Shown: piece by piece, positions 1-8,929 of the stretch | How positions within the stretch are numbered: the stretch's first letter is position 1 | How the letters are laid out: each line of letters starts with the position of its first letter | IMG/VR virus record: IMGVR_UViG_3300032093_000026 | Source of the DNA: an uncultured virus (IMG/VR IMGVR_UViG_3300032093_000026) | Taxonomy: Duplodnaviria; Heunggongvirae; Uroviricota; Caudoviricetes | Length of the DNA stretch: 64,000 nt | Strand: one strand, 5' to 3' | Program-made: the position numbers and the translations under genes | Notes under the pieces: model-generated | Seen by the model: the letters and a program-made list of their open reading frames with translations, nothing else | Database searches by the model: none | Told to the model about the DNA's origin: nothing

Positions 1-693
1 AAAGCTAAAAAAATAGAAGTAAAACTATCAGTACTTGAATGGTGTAAACAACAAGTAAAAGATGGAAAAGAACTTGTAATCCACTGGGAAGGTGGTGGAG
101 ATTCAGGATGGGCACATTTTGAAATTGATGGAGAAACTGTAGATAATGAATATACAGATCATCTTGTAAATAGTATGTATCATGAACTTGATTATGGATC
201 ATGGGCAGGTGAATTTAATGCAACAGGTTCTGCAAAATTTGATCCAGCAGAAAATGCTTTTATAGGCATTGATGATTATCAAGAAGATGAAAGAATATCT
301 TATGACTGTGATATCTCTTTAAAAGTTCCTAACAGTTTATGGTATGATAGAATACATTATCGTATAGAATGTAGTCCTGATGAATCTGTATCAACTGAGA
401 TAAACTTTGCTATACAAAATGGATTTCTTACTGATGAGCATAAAGAAATGGAACGTGTTCTTCAAGATGTACTTGATGATGAAATACCAAAGCTTATAGA
501 AAAGTTTATTGAAGAAGGTAATGAATTTAGAGATATCTGGGAATCTGAAATGTTCTTAAAAACAGATGGTGAAGATAAAGGTGCTTATACTGAATTTAAA
601 ATAACAGAAATTGGTATAGGTACGTATACATCTCAAGAAAAAGATATAGTTCTTTATATTGAAGAAGATGAAATGCTTGAAGATAAAAATTAA
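1..693 (+). CDS. Hypothetical protein, 5'-truncated by the window edge; DUF6878-like motif
   Basis: Frame 1 is open from base 1 (KAKKIEVK...IHWEGGGDSGWAHFEIDG...LDYGSWAGEFNATG), so the ORF-track start at 175 is internal. The GGGDSG...GSW.G motif recalls DUF6878 (from memory). Confidence 0.6.
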   Translation, partial: KAKKIEVKLSVLEWCKQQVKDGKELVIHWEGGGDSGWAHFEIDGETVDNEYTDHLVNSMYHELDYGSWAGEFNATGSAKFDPAENAFIGIDDYQEDERISYDCDISLKVPNSLWYDRIHYRIECSPDESVSTEINFAIQNGFLTDEHKEMERVLQDVLDDEIPKLIEKFIEEGNEFRDIWESEMFLKTDGEDKGAYTEFKITEIGIGTYTSQEKDIVLYIEEDEMLEDKN

Positions 694-698
694 TTATT

Positions 699-1421
699 AT
701 GAGTTACGATCAACATGAATATACAGTAAATAATCGAGATGGTTTTTCATTGACAAATGCTTTACGTCTTTGGAAAACTAAATACACAGAGTTTAAAGAC
801 TTTAAAGAAGATGTAATTAAACATCCTAGTCTTAATGATTTTGGTGAATTTGTACAATCTTGTTGGAATAGTATTAAATCAGTTACAGTAAAAGATGCGT
901 TAAGTATAGAAAATACAGAAGAAAGACGCACTTATTTTGACTGTATTGGAGTAGAAAAACTATTTAAACAGCTTGGGCCAAAACTTAGAGATAGACAAGA
1001 AATCACCAAGAAAAGAGCTAATTGGGACGAGGATAATAAAGAAAATTTTCGTACCTTTAAGGATGTATATGAGCTCTATGAAATAGAAGGTACAAAGCTT
1101 TATGACAAAGATAGATGGGGTAGATCTCCAAACCCTGTATTTGCTGTAAGATGCTGGTGTACAACAACTGGTAGAGAATATTGGTTGTATGTAGACAATA
1201 AAGCAGCTACAGGAAATAGCTGGTGGTCAGAACAAGCAGATAATGAATACGATGCTATACGTGCAATTGCTTGGACTATACGTATAGATATCACTAACCC
1301 TGAAAGAATATATAGACAGGGTGATGTGATTATAGTTAAAAAGTCTGATAAAAGTGAAGATGTAAGATCTTATCATTTAGAAAAAGAACAGTATCTTGAT
1401 TTAATGTATTCAGAAACTTAA
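699..1421 (+). CDS. DUF6745-like protein with C-terminal RQGDV motif
   Basis: Motifs IENTEERRTYFDCIG, VRCWCTTTGREYWLYV and AIAWT, followed by IYRQGDVIIV. Confidence 0.55.
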   Translation: MSYDQHEYTVNNRDGFSLTNALRLWKTKYTEFKDFKEDVIKHPSLNDFGEFVQSCWNSIKSVTVKDALSIENTEERRTYFDCIGVEKLFKQLGPKLRDRQEITKKRANWDEDNKENFRTFKDVYELYEIEGTKLYDKDRWGRSPNPVFAVRCWCTTTGREYWLYVDNKAATGNSWWSEQADNEYDAIRAIAWTIRIDITNPERIYRQGDVIIVKKSDKSEDVRSYHLEKEQYLDLMYSET

Positions 1422-1424
1422 GTT

Positions 1425-1616
1425 ATGCCAAAAAGAATTATACAAAAGAACAAGAAAAAAGAATCTATTAGAGAGCTCTTAATAAATACAATTATTGAGA
1501 ATGCTTGTGATGAAATGGAGAATAACTCAGACTATATACAATTAGCTATTGAATCAAAAGAAGATTTAGTAAAAAGAGTTATTAATATTTTAGAATACTA
1601 TAAAAGTAGATATTAA
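1425..1616 (+). CDS. Small hypothetical protein
   Basis: 63-aa ORF tightly packed between neighbours on the same strand. Confidence 0.6.
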   Translation: MPKRIIQKNKKKESIRELLINTIIENACDEMENNSDYIQLAIESKEDLVKRVINILEYYKSRY

Positions 1617-2087
1617 ATGCAAGAAGAATTGATAGGTCATGTAGGAGTTGATTCAGGTCAACTCCTACTATGTGACCCATGTTATATAGAATCAGAATGG
1701 GAAAAAGAAGAATTTGCTGATATTAGAGTATATGAGCATAAAGTAACCAAAGATCGTTTGACATTTGGTAAAGATTTTCCACACTATGAATATCCCATTG
1801 ATAGGTATGATGGAAAAACAATGAACGAACTTATAGAAACACTTGAATGGATTGATATAGATAGACCAACATCTTTACATAGTTTTAGTTATAATGCGTG
1901 TGCTAATGCAACTTTATCTAGTGAAGGACATGGTCAACTAAACTATAAAATGGGGCATCCAGGTGTTGGTGTAGCATTTAGAACAGCATTTGGAGATGGT
2001 GTATACCCTGTATATGCTAAATATACAGATGATGGTACATTAAAAAGCGTTGAAGTAGTATTTTGGGAAGATGATGAAGAATTATAA
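1617..2087 (+). CDS. DUF4241-like protein
   Basis: Motifs GHVGVDSGQLLLCDPCY and FRTAFGDGVYPVYA. Confidence 0.55.
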   Translation: MQEELIGHVGVDSGQLLLCDPCYIESEWEKEEFADIRVYEHKVTKDRLTFGKDFPHYEYPIDRYDGKTMNELIETLEWIDIDRPTSLHSFSYNACANATLSSEGHGQLNYKMGHPGVGVAFRTAFGDGVYPVYAKYTDDGTLKSVEVVFWEDDEEL

Positions 2088-2098
2088 AAATATAAATT

Positions 2099-2326
2099 AT
2101 GGCAAAAAAAGAACAATATGATTTACATGAGCTTTATAGAAAGCTTTCAGATCTTGTAAATAGATTAGAAGATGCATCTGAAAAACTTATGGACATTAAA
2201 GATTATCAAGACATAACAGTTGCTGGAGCTGGCTTTAAAGCTGGTCAAGCATATGCTATTATTGATAAAGTTTATGAAGATTTAGATGAAATAACAGATG
2301 ATATAGATAGACATACAACTCTTTAA
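2099..2326 (+). CDS. Small helical hypothetical protein
   Basis: 75-aa ORF with A-rich leader, within the operon. Confidence 0.65.
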   Translation: MAKKEQYDLHELYRKLSDLVNRLEDASEKLMDIKDYQDITVAGAGFKAGQAYAIIDKVYEDLDEITDDIDRHTTL

Positions 2327-2336
2327 AATAAATATT

Positions 2337-2603
2337 ATGAAAAAAGAAACAACTAAGACTCTTGTCCTTGGAGAAGGTGAGGGTAGAGATGCCACTGGAG
2401 AAATTAAGAAACACGTTCTTAATTCTAAAAATGGTATTTCTTATAAACGTAATACAGAATCTATTGACTTTGAACTTAAAGCATTAGGTGTGCTAACACA
2501 TGATGAGCATGCTAAAATGATTTTTGAACAAGGTCAGTATAGATCATATAATCAGGTTGAATTTAATCCTTTTGATCAAACTGTACAAAGAGTGTTTGAC
2601 TAA
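2337..2603 (+). CDS. Small His-motif protein (DUF6745-partner-like)
   Basis: LGEGE...H...THDEH...GQY...QVEFNP...RVFD pattern. Confidence 0.6.
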   Translation: MKKETTKTLVLGEGEGRDATGEIKKHVLNSKNGISYKRNTESIDFELKALGVLTHDEHAKMIFEQGQYRSYNQVEFNPFDQTVQRVFD

Positions 2604-3688
2604 TGAATAAAAGAGAGCAAGTCCAGCAAGAAGCATTGAATATTGCACTTAAAAATAGAAGATGTGGTTTAGGAATATCAATGGGTGTTGGTAAAACTTT
2701 GATTGGTCTTAAATACATTGATCATTGGCAAAATAAAACAAATGTTAAAGCTCTTGTAGTAGCTCCTAAACTTTCAATATTTGAATCTTGGAAAGATGAT
2801 GCTCAAAAGTTTAACATTAATATTGACAATGTACAATTTACCACATATCTTTCTTTAAACAAATACAATCCATCTGAATTTAATTTAATAGTTTTAGATG
2901 AATGTCATAGTTTATTATATACACATGATGTTTTTCTAAAAATGTTTAATGGTAGAATATTGGGTTTAACTGGTACACCTCCAAGATATCATCGATCTGA
3001 AAAAGGTGAAATGGTTTATCAATATTGCCCTATAATGTATAATTATATTACAGATGATGCTGTAGATGATGATATTTTAAATGATTATAGAATTATTGTG
3101 CATAGAATGGCTCTTTCAAGTGAAAATAACATTCATGTACAATTTAAGAATAATAACTTTTATACGTCAGAAGTAAAAAACTATGCTTATCAAAGCAGAA
3201 GAATAATGGAAGCAGAAACTAAAAAGCAAGAACAAATTGCTTCTATTATGCGTATGAAGTCTATTATGGAATATAAAACCAAAGAAGTTTATGCTAGAGA
3301 GTTATTAAATCACATTAAAGAAAAATGTATAGTATTTTGTAACACTCAAGATCAAGCAGATAAACTTTGTAAATATTCTGTACATTCTAATAATTCTGAG
3401 TCAGAAGAAAATCTTCAAATGTTTAAAGATGGCACTATTAAAAAATTATCATGTGTAATGCAGCTAAATGAAGGTGTTAATATACCTAATTTAGAAGCTG
3501 GCATTATCATGCATTCATATGGTAATGAGCGTAAAGCAAGTCAAAGAATAGGTCGTCTTTTAAGACTTAACCCCACTCAAACAGCCACTGTACATATACT
3601 TTGTTATAAAGATACAGTTGATGAAAGATGGGTAAATGAAGCTCTTAAAGATTTAGATCAGTCTAAAATTAAGTATTTAGATGTATGA
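2603..3688 (+). CDS. Superfamily 2 (DExH) helicase
   Basis: Walker A GVGKT, DECH, motif III TGT, motif VI QRIGRLLR. Confidence 0.9.
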   Translation: MNKREQVQQEALNIALKNRRCGLGISMGVGKTLIGLKYIDHWQNKTNVKALVVAPKLSIFESWKDDAQKFNINIDNVQFTTYLSLNKYNPSEFNLIVLDECHSLLYTHDVFLKMFNGRILGLTGTPPRYHRSEKGEMVYQYCPIMYNYITDDAVDDDILNDYRIIVHRMALSSENNIHVQFKNNNFYTSEVKNYAYQSRRIMEAETKKQEQIASIMRMKSIMEYKTKEVYARELLNHIKEKCIVFCNTQDQADKLCKYSVHSNNSESEENLQMFKDGTIKKLSCVMQLNEGVNIPNLEAGIIMHSYGNERKASQRIGRLLRLNPTQTATVHILCYKDTVDERWVNEALKDLDQSKIKYLDV

Positions 3689-4086
3689 AAAAGAATTTAC
3701 ACTTTGTAGGTAAATATATTAAGAAGAATGGAAGGCTAGAATTTGCTAGCCTTTCTTCTTCTAAACAATATGAGTTGTTTGTTTCACATGTAGAAGAAGG
3801 ACAATTAGTAGAATGTTTTTTTGAAGCAACACATGATGATGGTACACTACCACAACTAGCTAAGCTTCATGTAATGATTAAACAATTAGCTACACATATA
3901 GGTGAAACAGTAGAAAATATGAAAATACTTGTAAAAGATAGAGCTGGGCTTTGTATAGCTAGAGAAGTGGCAGGTAAAGAGTATTTTCTTGCTAAATCAT
4001 TTGCAGAATGCTCTAGGGACGAATTGTCCCTAGCTATTCAGGCTGCGATTGAGATTGGTCATCAAATAGATTATCCTCTTCAATAA
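3685..4086 (+). CDS. NinB/Orf-like recombination protein (tentative)
   Basis: QLAKLHVMIKQLA...KSFAECSRDELS pattern resembles NinB/YbcN; ATGA overlap with the helicase stop. Confidence 0.45.
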   Translation: MKKNLHFVGKYIKKNGRLEFASLSSSKQYELFVSHVEEGQLVECFFEATHDDGTLPQLAKLHVMIKQLATHIGETVENMKILVKDRAGLCIAREVAGKEYFLAKSFAECSRDELSLAIQAAIEIGHQIDYPLQ

Positions 4087-4411
4087 GATTAAATAATGTA
4101 TCTTTTAAGTAGGATTCTTGTTCTATTTCATTAGTCATTCCTTGTTCTTTAGCATATGATTGTATATCATGCATTAGTAAACTTAAAGTTATAAAATGAC
4201 TCATCCACTCCTGTGTAAATTGTGTATCATTTTTAACAACATAAGCATGATGCTTAAGTTCTGCATTAAAGAGGTTAATTTGTTCATCTGAAAGTCCATT
4301 TACCATATATGCTTGTAATTGCTGTAGTCTTACAACCATACCAGAAGTAAATACTACATTTATTTTAGCATCTTTGCGTATTATATGTATTTTCTCTGTT
4401 TTTTTGCTCAT
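4034..4411 (-). CDS. Hypothetical protein (lone antisense gene)
   Basis: 125-aa ORF filling the gap between + genes, with its own upstream TAAATTTG element. Confidence 0.7.
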   Translation of the reverse strand: MSKKTEKIHIIRKDAKINVVFTSGMVVRLQQLQAYMVNGLSDEQINLFNAELKHHAYVVKNDTQFTQEWMSHFITLSLLMHDIQSYAKEQGMTNEIEQESYLKDTLFNLIEEDNLFDDQSQSQPE

Positions 4412-4412
4412 C

Positions 4413-4435
4413 TGTTATAATTTATAACAAATTTA
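4413..4435 (-). promoter_or_regulatory. Bacteroidota-type -7 promoter element adjoining a perfect palindrome
   Basis: Minus-strand TAAATTTG at 4428-4435 (TAnnTTTG consensus); TGTTATAA-T-TTATAACA palindrome at 4413-4429. Confidence 0.5.
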
Positions 4436-4445
4436 ATTAAAATAT

Positions 4446-5162
4446 ATGACTGAACAAGTAAATCTTGAAGAAGTTAAAACAAAACTTATTGAGAAGCTTA
4501 AACCTTCAGGTTGGGCTGGTAAACTAAAAGGATTTGTACAAAGTTCTGACTTTGATAAAATCTTAGAAGTGTTATATAAATTAAGAGAAGATGGTAAAAG
4601 ATTTACTCCTCCTCTTAAACATGTATTTAGGGCATTTGAAGAATGTCCAATAAATGATCTTAAAGTGGTAATGATTGGACAAGATCCATATCCACAATTT
4701 GGTGTAGCTGATGGTATATCTTTTTCTTGTAGTTTAACAGGTAAACCACAGCCAAGCTTAAGACATATATTTCAAGCTATTGAAACAACAGTTCATCAAG
4801 ACTTTCCAAGTCATCAAGATCCAGACCTTAAACGATGGGCTAATCAAGGTGTACTAATGCTAAACTCAGCTCTTACATGTGAAATAGATAAAATAGGTTC
4901 ACATGTACCTATATGGAAAGAGTTTACAGCTTATGTATTAGATATACTAAACTATACAAACTCAGGACTAATTTTTGTTTTGCTAGGTAAGCAAGCTCAA
5001 GAATTTGAAACAATGATTGGTCATCAACATCATATTATAAAAGTATCACATCCAGCCTCTGCAGCATACAATGGAGGTAAATGGGATTGTAATGATGTAT
5101 TTAATAAAATAAATGAAATTATTATAGGTCAAAATGGTAAAACTTTTGCTATTAACTGGTAA
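4446..5162 (+). CDS. ung: Uracil-DNA glycosylase (family 1)
   Basis: Motifs GQDPY, WANQGVLMLN and HPAS. Confidence 0.95.
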   Translation: MTEQVNLEEVKTKLIEKLKPSGWAGKLKGFVQSSDFDKILEVLYKLREDGKRFTPPLKHVFRAFEECPINDLKVVMIGQDPYPQFGVADGISFSCSLTGKPQPSLRHIFQAIETTVHQDFPSHQDPDLKRWANQGVLMLNSALTCEIDKIGSHVPIWKEFTAYVLDILNYTNSGLIFVLLGKQAQEFETMIGHQHHIIKVSHPASAAYNGGKWDCNDVFNKINEIIIGQNGKTFAINW

Positions 5163-5194
5163 TAACTGCTAATAACAACTAATAATCAATAATT

Positions 5195-5539
5195 ATGGCT
5201 ATCAACAAAGTAGATTTAACTGTATCACAATTATTAAATGACCTCAGTGAAGGTTTAACCTGGTTAAAGAAAGATGATCTTGGTTATGGATCAATCGAAA
5301 CAAAATATGGTGCTAATGAAAAACAAATCTTAGCTATTAGAAAACATCCAAAACTTAAAGATGCAGATACATCTCTAACTGTATTTAATATTATAGATGA
5401 TACCACCACCCAAGAATCAGAACCTTCCAGGACAAATACAGACGATCAGCAACCAACGCTTAATATGGTCAGTACACAAGAAAGAGTGGATAAGTTTGAG
5501 TCAGTATCTAACGCAGTCGACATCTTTGCACAACTCTAA
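5195..5539 (+). CDS. Hypothetical protein
   Basis: 114-aa ORF with AT-rich leader. Confidence 0.65.
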   Translation: MAINKVDLTVSQLLNDLSEGLTWLKKDDLGYGSIETKYGANEKQILAIRKHPKLKDADTSLTVFNIIDDTTTQESEPSRTNTDDQQPTLNMVSTQERVDKFESVSNAVDIFAQL

Positions 5540-5543
5540 TAAT

Positions 5544-6896
5544 ATGAGTAATAATAGAGCAAATAGACCAAGTCCATCTGTCAGCGCAACAGGTTATATA
5601 GATGGAAGTATATTAGAAGGAAATGATGGTAGATTTTGGATGGTACAGTCAAATGTATCAGGTGTAAAAAGATGGGTTCCTACCAGTCTTAAAGTACCTT
5701 CTGGTCAACAGACAACAGCACCAGTACAAACTACTAAACCAGAAACAGAACAACTTTTACAAAATTTTAAAAATAAAAACATGGGCAAAGTAAAAACTAT
5801 TACTAAGCGTACTACACAAGAAGTGAGACATATTGAGACATCTTTGATTAACAAAGAAGAAGTATTTAAGATGTTAGCTTTAGCAGAAGCTACAGGTTTA
5901 CCCTTATTGTTAGTAGGCGAACCTGGCGTTGCTAAAACTAAAACTATTATTGAATATGCTAAAGCATGGTTGAACAGAGATGGTAAAATGACACCACAAG
6001 ACTTTGCTAGCAAAATGTATATTCTAGAAACTGATGAGGGCACTAAAGCTTCTGAGATTAAAGGTATGCCAGATCTAGACACTTTGTTTACACAAAACAA
6101 GTATGAGCTTAATACACCTATTGCAGATGCAGACATTGTTATCATCAACGAGGTTGACAAAGCAAGCTCAGCTATTCGTAATGCAATGTTGGGTGTGATG
6201 AACGAGAAGTTTCTGTTCAATGGTAAACACAAAATTCCTTGTAAATGGAAATTGTTTATTGCCACTTGTAATGAAATTCCAAAAGATGAAGTAGATTCAC
6301 CTTTTTGGGATCGTTTTATGCTCAAAATGACTGTAAATCGTGTATCTCCTGGTGAAATGTCTAAATACTATTCTAAAGGTGCACGTACATATCGTGAGAA
6401 CTTTACAATTGGCATTCCAAATGCTACAGAAGTTGAAAGCGTAGAAATTCCTCTTAACAAGCTTGACAAATATCTAGAAGTAGGTTATACAGCTAGTTCT
6501 GATCGTACATTGACATTTGTGCCAAGACTGGCTAAAGCTGTATCTTATATCTGGGATATTAGTGTTGATAAAGCTCTTGTTAAAACTGCTCAGATTATGA
6601 TTAGTCAAACAGCAGCGAGCGAGCTTCAAAACAAGCTAATGAGTGCAGAAGTTAAAGCTGTAATGTCTAAAGTTGAGATGTTACATTCTCGTAATACAAA
6701 TGAGGAGCTTGAGCTGGCTGTAGCTGAAATTGAAAGTTTGGTAAATACTTATGCTTCAAGAGGTAATATGGATCAAACACAAGTAGAAGAAGTAGAGATT
6801 TCTATGGCTTATATTCTTGAGAATCATCCTGCTAGAAAAAACAAGCAGTTATCTCAGGAATTTGATGAGATTTTGACAGAGGAACTTCCTCTTTAA
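5544..6896 (+). CDS. MoxR/RavA-like AAA+ ATPase (likely start 5544 or 5781)
   Basis: Walker A GEPGVAKT, Walker B variant IIINEVDKA, plus ATCNEIP and FWDRF. The ORF-track start at 5397 overlaps the upstream gene. Confidence 0.85.
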   Translation: MSNNRANRPSPSVSATGYIDGSILEGNDGRFWMVQSNVSGVKRWVPTSLKVPSGQQTTAPVQTTKPETEQLLQNFKNKNMGKVKTITKRTTQEVRHIETSLINKEEVFKMLALAEATGLPLLLVGEPGVAKTKTIIEYAKAWLNRDGKMTPQDFASKMYILETDEGTKASEIKGMPDLDTLFTQNKYELNTPIADADIVIINEVDKASSAIRNAMLGVMNEKFLFNGKHKIPCKWKLFIATCNEIPKDEVDSPFWDRFMLKMTVNRVSPGEMSKYYSKGARTYRENFTIGIPNATEVESVEIPLNKLDKYLEVGYTASSDRTLTFVPRLAKAVSYIWDISVDKALVKTAQIMISQTAASELQNKLMSAEVKAVMSKVEMLHSRNTNEELELAVAEIESLVNTYASRGNMDQTQVEEVEISMAYILENHPARKNKQLSQEFDEILTEELPL

Positions 6897-6907
6897 TTTT
6901 TAATAAT

Positions 6908-6939
6908 AAAAGGGTACCAAAAAATGGTACCCTTTTTTT
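6908..6939 (+). terminator. Rho-independent terminator-like hairpin
   Basis: AAAAGGGTACCA-loop-TGGTACCCTTTT followed by a T run. Confidence 0.75.
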
Positions 6940-6950
6940 AATTTAAGCTT

Positions 6951-8453
6951 ATGGCTAAAGAATATAAAAATGTATACACTATTCTTGAGAAAGTAAAGAA
7001 AGGTGAAATTGATAGCTATTATAAAGACAGTGATGGTTTATTTGGAAAGATTAATTTCTACAAAAAACCAGACCTAGTTAAACCTTATTTACACTATATT
7101 GATGAAAATCGTTTGTACAATATAGTTAACACTCATGTAACAAACCCAGGAACAGCAGCTGAATTTTTTCAAAAGTTTTCTACTCATAGTGAATATAAAG
7201 CTTTAGGATCTAATGCACCAAAAGTAGAAGAGTTTGGTAAACTGTTTAGAGAAACCTATGAAGAGTTTCCAGAACATGTTTCAAATGATATATTCAAGAT
7301 GTATTACAACAAAATTGAGAAGCTTGATTTTGTTGATAGAGGTCCAGAAAACTATACAAAGTATAAGTTTCTAGAGAAAGCTAATAATCCTGTAGGTAAA
7401 GTGATGACTGAAAAATCTAATTTGAAATCAGCAATCTTCACTCGTAATATTGTTAGTTATCTTATAGCTAGATTAACCATGCTTAAATACACTGATCCTC
7501 AAGCTGCAGAAGATCTTGAAAATTGCATGAACAATGGTGATGAATTTAATAATCAAGGTGCAGATAATGCATTAGATAAAGCTCTTAACTCAAGAACTGG
7601 TAAATCTATGCTTGATTCTGCAATGCAACAAGCGCAAGATCTTTGTAAGCAAATGGATGGTGCTATGCCTGAAGACACGCAAGAAAGATTATTTGAAGCT
7701 TGTAGTAATAATAGTGGTGGAGATGGCGCAGCTAAACTTACACCAGACTATCTTAAGAATGTTGCAGCTAATTTAGAGAGCTTAAGTTTGTCTATGGGAT
7801 CTTTAAAAGATAGAATTAAGAAACTATTAGATAAATCTACTAGCTATTTTAGTGCAAAAGATAAAGTGAAATATGAAGACTTACTTAACTCAGATAATGT
7901 AGCTGGACTAGATGAATTTGAACTATTACATCCCAAGCTTCGTAAAATCTTTATTGAAGATATAAACATCAAAGACACTCAGAAAATGGGTAAGATTGAT
8001 ATTTATATTGATGTATCAGGTTCTATGGGTGAGAGTTGTGGTGTACAAAATTCAAAAGGTGATGTTATTGACAAAATGGATTTTGCTAAAAGCTTTGCAG
8101 CTAAGATGAAATCTATGGACATGTTAAACAACATCTACGAATTTGATACAAGAGTTCGTAAAGTTAAAGATAGCATACTTGATATAGCAATGATGGATTC
8201 TGGTGGTGGTACATGCATTGATAATGTTGTTAATAAAATAGAACAAAATGGCGTTAATGCACTTGTCATTACAGATGCAGAAGATAGCTGTCGTATTTAT
8301 TCTGATAAAGCTTTCTTTATAGGTATTAAAGGTGCGAGATTTCACCATTTTAATACAGAAGTAATTAAACAATACTCAGAGAAAGGTCAAGCAATTGTCT
8401 TCGATGGTAGTAGAATCTTTAAAGTGGATCAGGACGGTAAGATTAGTGGTTAA
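6951..8453 (+). CDS. VWA-domain protein (ViaA-like MoxR partner)
   Basis: MIDAS DVSGS, GGGT and VITDAED; lies directly after the MoxR gene. Confidence 0.85.
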   Translation: MAKEYKNVYTILEKVKKGEIDSYYKDSDGLFGKINFYKKPDLVKPYLHYIDENRLYNIVNTHVTNPGTAAEFFQKFSTHSEYKALGSNAPKVEEFGKLFRETYEEFPEHVSNDIFKMYYNKIEKLDFVDRGPENYTKYKFLEKANNPVGKVMTEKSNLKSAIFTRNIVSYLIARLTMLKYTDPQAAEDLENCMNNGDEFNNQGADNALDKALNSRTGKSMLDSAMQQAQDLCKQMDGAMPEDTQERLFEACSNNSGGDGAAKLTPDYLKNVAANLESLSLSMGSLKDRIKKLLDKSTSYFSAKDKVKYEDLLNSDNVAGLDEFELLHPKLRKIFIEDINIKDTQKMGKIDIYIDVSGSMGESCGVQNSKGDVIDKMDFAKSFAAKMKSMDMLNNIYEFDTRVRKVKDSILDIAMMDSGGGTCIDNVVNKIEQNGVNALVITDAEDSCRIYSDKAFFIGIKGARFHHFNTEVIKQYSEKGQAIVFDGSRIFKVDQDGKISG

Positions 8454-8492
8454 AAAAAAGAAAGCCCCTGTAAAAAGGGGCTTTTTACTTTT
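8454..8492. terminator. Bidirectional terminator at convergent block boundary
   Basis: AAAGCCCCT-GTAAAA-AGGGGCTTT stem with an A run before and a T run after. Confidence 0.8.
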
Positions 8493-8538
8493 GCTATTAG
8501 CAGGAAGGAGGAACTAATAGCTTATATATAAGAGAGGG

Positions 8539-8664
8539 TTAGCGTCCTTGCGCGCGATATTTAGACACAGATTTATCCTTGGGTCCACGTGATTTAGCAG
8601 CTTTGCCACCCTTGCGTTTACCAAATGTGATTTTTCTAGAGTCTGTAAGTTTACCTTTTGCCAT
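8539..8664 (-). CDS. Small basic protein (41 aa, ends KYRAQGR)
   Basis: MAKGKLTDSRKITFGKRKGG...KYRAQGR; its ATG overlaps the upstream stop (TAATG). Confidence 0.65.
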   Translation of the reverse strand: MAKGKLTDSRKITFGKRKGGKAAKSRGPKDKSVSKYRAQGR

Positions 8665-8906
8665 TATGGAGTAGTAGTGGTTGTAGTGGTTGAAGTAGTA
8701 GACGTTGTTGAAGTAGTCGTTGAGGTAGTTGTAGTTGGTGCTGGTCCAGGAGGAACAGTAGTAGTAGTTGTTAAACAACATAAGTCTGCTGGAACTTCAT
8801 ACCAAGTTGAAGATCCATTGGGAAATGATCCTGCTGTAAGAATTAAACTCCCAGGTACAATTTTTCCTTGTTTGCTGTACCTTACAAATGCGCGTTTCTT
8901 TGCCAT
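8664..8906 (-). CDS. Small protein with Thr-rich tail
   Basis: Globular-looking N-terminus, then CC, then Thr/Ser/Pro runs encoded by varied codons. Confidence 0.7.
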   Translation of the reverse strand: MAKKRAFVRYSKQGKIVPGSLILTAGSFPNGSSTWYEVPADLCCLTTTTTVPPGPAPTTTTSTTTSTTSTTSTTTTTTTP

Positions 8907-8929
8907 TTTAATTAATTTTTAAAAGTTAT

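Noticed and set aside
5397..5543. ORF-track N-terminal extension of the MoxR ATPase
   Set aside because: It overlaps the 5195-5539 gene in another frame; the ATG at 5544 follows that gene's stop directly.
8667..8770. GTA/GTT trinucleotide-like repeat as a possible CRISPR array or VNTR
   Set aside because: It is explained by poly-Thr codons on the minus strand and has no repeat-spacer structure.
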